Positions 59,853 to 64,000 of a DNA stretch of 64,000 nt are shown here, piece by piece. The notes under the pieces were generated by a model. The model had not been told where the DNA came from. It worked only from the letters and a program-made list of their open reading frames with translations, and ran no database searches. The stretch comes from Azolla caroliniana (lineage: Eukaryota > Plantae > Polypodiophyta). The position numbers and the translations under genes were made by a program. Every line of letters begins with the position of its first letter. The first letter of the stretch is position 1. The DNA lies in contig JBHGNT010000016.1 of the NCBI GenBank assembly GCA_043228905.1, forward strand, positions 16,802,001-16,866,000, in the 5' to 3' direction.

Positions 59853-62090
59853 CAAGGTTGTTAGGTACGGTACGGACACCATACGTATTTAACATATTAA
59901 TACCCGTATAGTACCTGCCAATTTAAAAATATGTTATTTATACGTTGACGTGTGAATCTTCACACACTATGTAAAAAAATAATGAAATAATTATTATAGA
60001 TTAGATTAGTAGCTTACTATAGAAAGATGGATATACTCAAGAGCTTCAAAATGTATTTTACTATATACAAAATGGAGAAATACATATCAAGTTATGAGAA
60101 AATGAAGTTTGATTATATAGAGAAATTAGAACTATCCCACATAGATAGGAAAGTTAAGGCCCTGGCTATATAAACACCTTGAGCTCCCTCATTTTTTATT
60201 TGTGCTAAGAGCACTTTGGCCACTTTGTCTTGATAGATGATGGTGGCCAAATTCCCTAAAACCGGAAACCTGCCGGTAAGCAAATCCGGAAAACGGGTTC
60301 GGTAAGCAAATCTGGAAACCGGCTGGTATGCAAAACCGGAACCGGCCGGCAAGCAAAATCGGAACTGGAACCGGCAAGCAAACCGGAACTGGCCGGCAAG
60401 CAAAACCGGAACTGGCAAGCAAATCGGAACCGGCCTGCAAGCAAAACCGGAATCGGAACTGGCAAGCAAACCGGAACTCGGCTGGTAAGCAAAACCGGAA
60501 CCGGAACCGGCAAGCAAAACCAGAACCAGAACCGGCAAGCAAAATCGGAACCGGAACCGGCTAGCAAAACCGGAACTGGAACCGGCTGACAAGCAAAACC
60601 GGAACCGGAACCGGCAAGCAAACCGGAACCCGCCGGCAAGCAAAATCGGAACCGGAACCAACCGGCAAGCAAAATGGAACCAGCTACTGGACAAGGTTGG
60701 ATGCGGACGGACGAAAGATTGGATCATGCAACAAACTAAAGTAAAGTGAAGAGAACTAAAGTAAAGGCCATGTGGACGCAAGCAACTAAAGTTGGAGTGC
60801 ATGCAAAGGGGAAAGGTCATGTGAACGGTCACATGCAACTAAAAGAAAAAGCTAGGCAACTAAAAGTAGAGGCCATGCAACAAAAGGTGGAAAGGCTATG
60901 ATCAAGGGAGAACTCTATATATATTCCATTTTTTTCCTTACACTCAGACTCTCCATATTATCTTAATTTTCTTCTCAACTCCCTTATCTTAGGGAAGCCA
61001 TATCTCTCAAAAACCCTAAAATTCCCTACGGAAGCCATAACACTAAAAACCCCTAATCTTCCCTACGGAAGCCATAATACTCATATAACCTAATCCTAAT
61101 TTTCCCTACGGAAGCCATATCTACCAAAACCCCTAATTTTTCTTTTCTATTAATCTTAGTAAATCTAAAACTTCTAAGTCCCAATCTTGGGACATATTGT
61201 AATTTCTTTTTCCTTTGTTAATGAAAATTATTAAATTTCTTCTTTTCGTTAATTGTTAAAAATATAAACGCACGAATGTGATTATCCTCTGGTCGGAGGC
61301 CCCAGGGTCCTGCCTCAAGTTCGCGTATCCTCGTCGTATTTTCGTGACAACGTTTTCTTAATATGTTAATAAATATTTATAAAATATGTAAAATACGTAA
61401 AATACGTATTTTACGTATAGTACGTTAAATACTTCTAGAATTTGAAAATTATTTACCTTTCTAAAAATTATCTATAATATTGTAAAAAACATCTATGTTT
61501 ACACAATTTTGTGATGTACAGTATAGTTCTACATCCTAAAAAACATTTCACATCCTAAAATACTTGTAGTAATATAGATGTCGACATTCCCTTATTCTAT
61601 AAATCAGTGTAAGTGTGTATCACGATGTTCTACTTCAAATTGTAATTATTTACAATTATGCCTTCATAGATTGAGGAATCTTCTACAATTATCACACTCA
61701 TGATAGGTTTCTCTTTTGTTCGTTTTCTTCTTCTTCTTCTTCTTCTTCTATCTATTGCGATTATCACACTCAGGATAGGTTTATGTCTTCTTTTCTCTCT
61801 TCTTCTTCTTCTTGATCTTCTTCATTGTCGTCTCTTCTATTCTTCTTTCTTCTTTCCTTTGGCTTCTTTTTCACTAAAATCTTTTTTTTCTTTTGCTTTT
61901 TGTTAGGGTCTTACTTACATTTTCTTTACAAATACGTATTATACCTGTTTTTTTATAAATACGTTAAATACCATATTGGACAAATGTACATGATATTTGA
62001 CTGAACAACATTGAGGTATAATACATACTATACAAATGATGAGGTACTATACGTATTTAAACGTTAAATACGGGTACGTAAACAACCATG
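59853..62090. mobile_element. hAT-like non-autonomous DNA transposon (MITE, ~830 bp without the nested LTR)
   Basis: TIRs CAAGGTTGTT and AACAACCATG with imperfect ~80-bp subterminal inverted repeats. Flanks GTGCCGTT and G(CAC)TGCCGTT. AT-rich, and splits the I integrase at EFNG. Confidence 0.72.
59946..61349 (+). mobile_element. Solo LTR (1404 bp) of the C/E lineage, inside the MITE
   Basis: Reverse complement of 46399-47751, with a perfect ACGT TSD (59942-59945, 61350-61353). Confidence 0.92.
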
Positions 62091-64000
62091 GCACTGCCGT
62101 TAAACTCGTCGATTATCCAGGAGGGGCTTGTCCATCGGAATCGTAATTTCCCCTGCATGGCACCGAGTCGTATTTGGAAGACGAGTAACAGTATGCTGAT
62201 GGTAAGTGCTTTCTCTGTAACTTTCCGGTGTCGATCTACGAAGGCTTTGCATTGTCGTTGGCATTGATCTAGTTGAGACATGCTGGCCACTCGATGTTCG
62301 CCGAGTTTGAGGAGTTCTTCGAGCCGATATTGCTCTAATTAGGCCTCAGGGAGCCTTTCCTTAACTTGAACTCGGAGACTCGGAACTTGGAACTCGATCG
62401 GCATGACTGCTTCCAAACCAAATGTCATCCGAAAGGGGGTAGATTGAATGCTAGTTTCAAATGTGGTGCGATACGCCCATAATGCACTCTAGAGCTTGTC
62501 ATCCCAATCGGTGTGGTTTTCATTGACGATCTTTTTTAGGATTGTTTGCAAAATTTTATTAGTAGATTCCACCAATTCGTTTGCTTGAGGATAGTACGGT
62601 GTACTTTTCTTATGTACGACCACATAGTGTGTAGTGAGCTCCTGAATTATGTGGTTTATAAAATGCCCACCTTGTTCACTAATGAGCTCGATTGGGCATC
62701 CATAACGGCACCATAGATGTTCATAAACGAACTATGCAGCCGTGTTGTCCTGTAGTGCCTTAGCCTCGACCCATTTTGTGCAATAGTCCATGGCCACGAT
62801 TATATACTTGTTACTGGTGCGAGCCGTTGCTCGTTTAAAAGGTCCCACAAAGTCTAACCCCCACTTTTGAAATGGTTCTAACGGGAGGATGGGTTGGTGC
62901 AGCATCTGGGCTTGCTCGGTCGGTTGTCCCATGCGTTGACACAAATCGCACTGTCGATAGAATTCATGAGCATCTTTTTTCGTTGTAGGCCACCATAACC
63001 CACTCTGCCATATTTTTCTTGCCATGGACTCTCCAACATAATGAGCCCCTCTGATGTGCCTCCTGGAGGATTGCATGTTTCTCAAATTGACGGATTGCAC
63101 GATGCCAGATGCCATTCGAGCCTTTGTGGCAGAGGGTGTCGGAGACCAGATAAAAGTATCGGCTCTGGACAGCTAGTTGTTTCCGAGCATCAAGGGTCAG
63201 GTGGTCGGGAGGAGGGCCAATGCTGAGGAAATGGGTCATTTCAGTGATCCATTCATCTTCGTTTTCGTCTGGCACCGTTGCAAGACGGGTAGATCATCGT
63301 ACGTGGCATCGGCTGGTTCTCTTGACGAGAGGTGGCTCAGGTAGTCAGCTACGACGTGTTGGACTCCGGGCCGGTGTTGGATCTGAAAATCAAACTCTTG
63401 TAGCAGGAGCATCCATTGGGCCAGGCGACCTGTGAGGGCTTGTTTATTTACCAAGTAGAGGAGAGCTGAGTGATTGACGTGGAATGTGAATTTCCGGCCC
63501 AAGAGGTAATGCCGGAATTTGTTGATGCTATAGACCATACCGAGGGCCTCACATTTAGTTGTTGAGTAGTTCTTCTCCGTGACCAAGAGTTGTCGGCTAG
63601 CGTAATACAATGGCTAATACCAATTTGGTGGTGTGCGCTGCATGAGTGCGCTTCTGATGGCTATATCTGATGCGTCTACAAAGACGTGAAAAGGTTCCGA
63701 CCAAACTGGTGGTTGTACAATAGGGGCATGGGGGAGCATTAACTTCAAGGATTGGTAAGCCTCGTCTTCTATTGAAGACCACTGAAATTGGAGTTTATGC
63801 ACAACCGCGTGCAATGGAGTTGCGAAATCGGCTAGGTATCGTAACATCCGGCCATACCATTTGATTTGTCCCAGGAATCGGCTAAGGGCCTTCATAGTAG
63901 AGGGCGCGGGAGCGTTCAGAATGGCTTGCACTTTATCCGGGTCCATGGCGATACCTTTATGTGCCCGAGCAGGTTACCGCTTGTCACCAAGAACGTGCAT
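62091..64000 (-). pseudogene. pol: I pol: RT thumb, RNase H and integrase (degenerate); integrase tail continues at ~59690-59852
   Basis: [49 protein letters not shown]. Confidence 0.9.

Larger units (their letters stand above)
46276..64000 (-). mobile_element. Gypsy element I (Athila-like) running off the window: pol, extra ORF and 3' LTR (~46276-48197), with five nested insertions
   Basis: LTR matches H. Extra-ORF pieces rejoin across TSDs. RT/RH/IN at 59690-64000. Confidence 0.82.

Noticed and set aside
46399-61349. One 15-kb element with 1.4-kb terminal inverted repeats
   Set aside because: Each repeat has its own 4-bp TSD and interrupts a different host, so they are independent solo LTRs.
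61700-61906. Hydrophobic 68-aa membrane-like ORF
   Set aside because: Translation of (CTT)n low-complexity sequence inside the MITE.

Overview
The window is almost entirely nested transposable elements from a plant genome. I found no host gene, rRNA or intact tRNA. The element mix (Tcn1-like chromoviruses, Copia, non-chromovirus Ty3/Gypsy) suggests a non-seed plant (bryophyte, lycophyte or fern); this is inference. LTR pairs and target-site duplications (TSDs) resolve the layers. A Ty3/Gypsy relic (~4.6-11.6 kb) carries Copia A (5869-11347) and Gypsy C (11636-34126). C carries Copia B in its 3' LTR and a three-LTR Copia D in its RT, and D carries the young Copia F. Further right lie three Athila-like Gypsy copies (G, H, I) with a large extra ORF after integrase, a gag-only element E, chromovirus K, three solo LTRs and a hAT-like MITE. 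The main observation is a tRNA-Trp-primed Gypsy lineage (C, E and two solo LTRs) with TGTCG...CGACA termini, whose four independent insertions all made 4-bp ACG(T) TSDs, suggesting CpG-centred targeting. Both apparently intact Copia elements carry a single likely disabling lesion. All coordinates were read by eye, and no alignment or database search was run.
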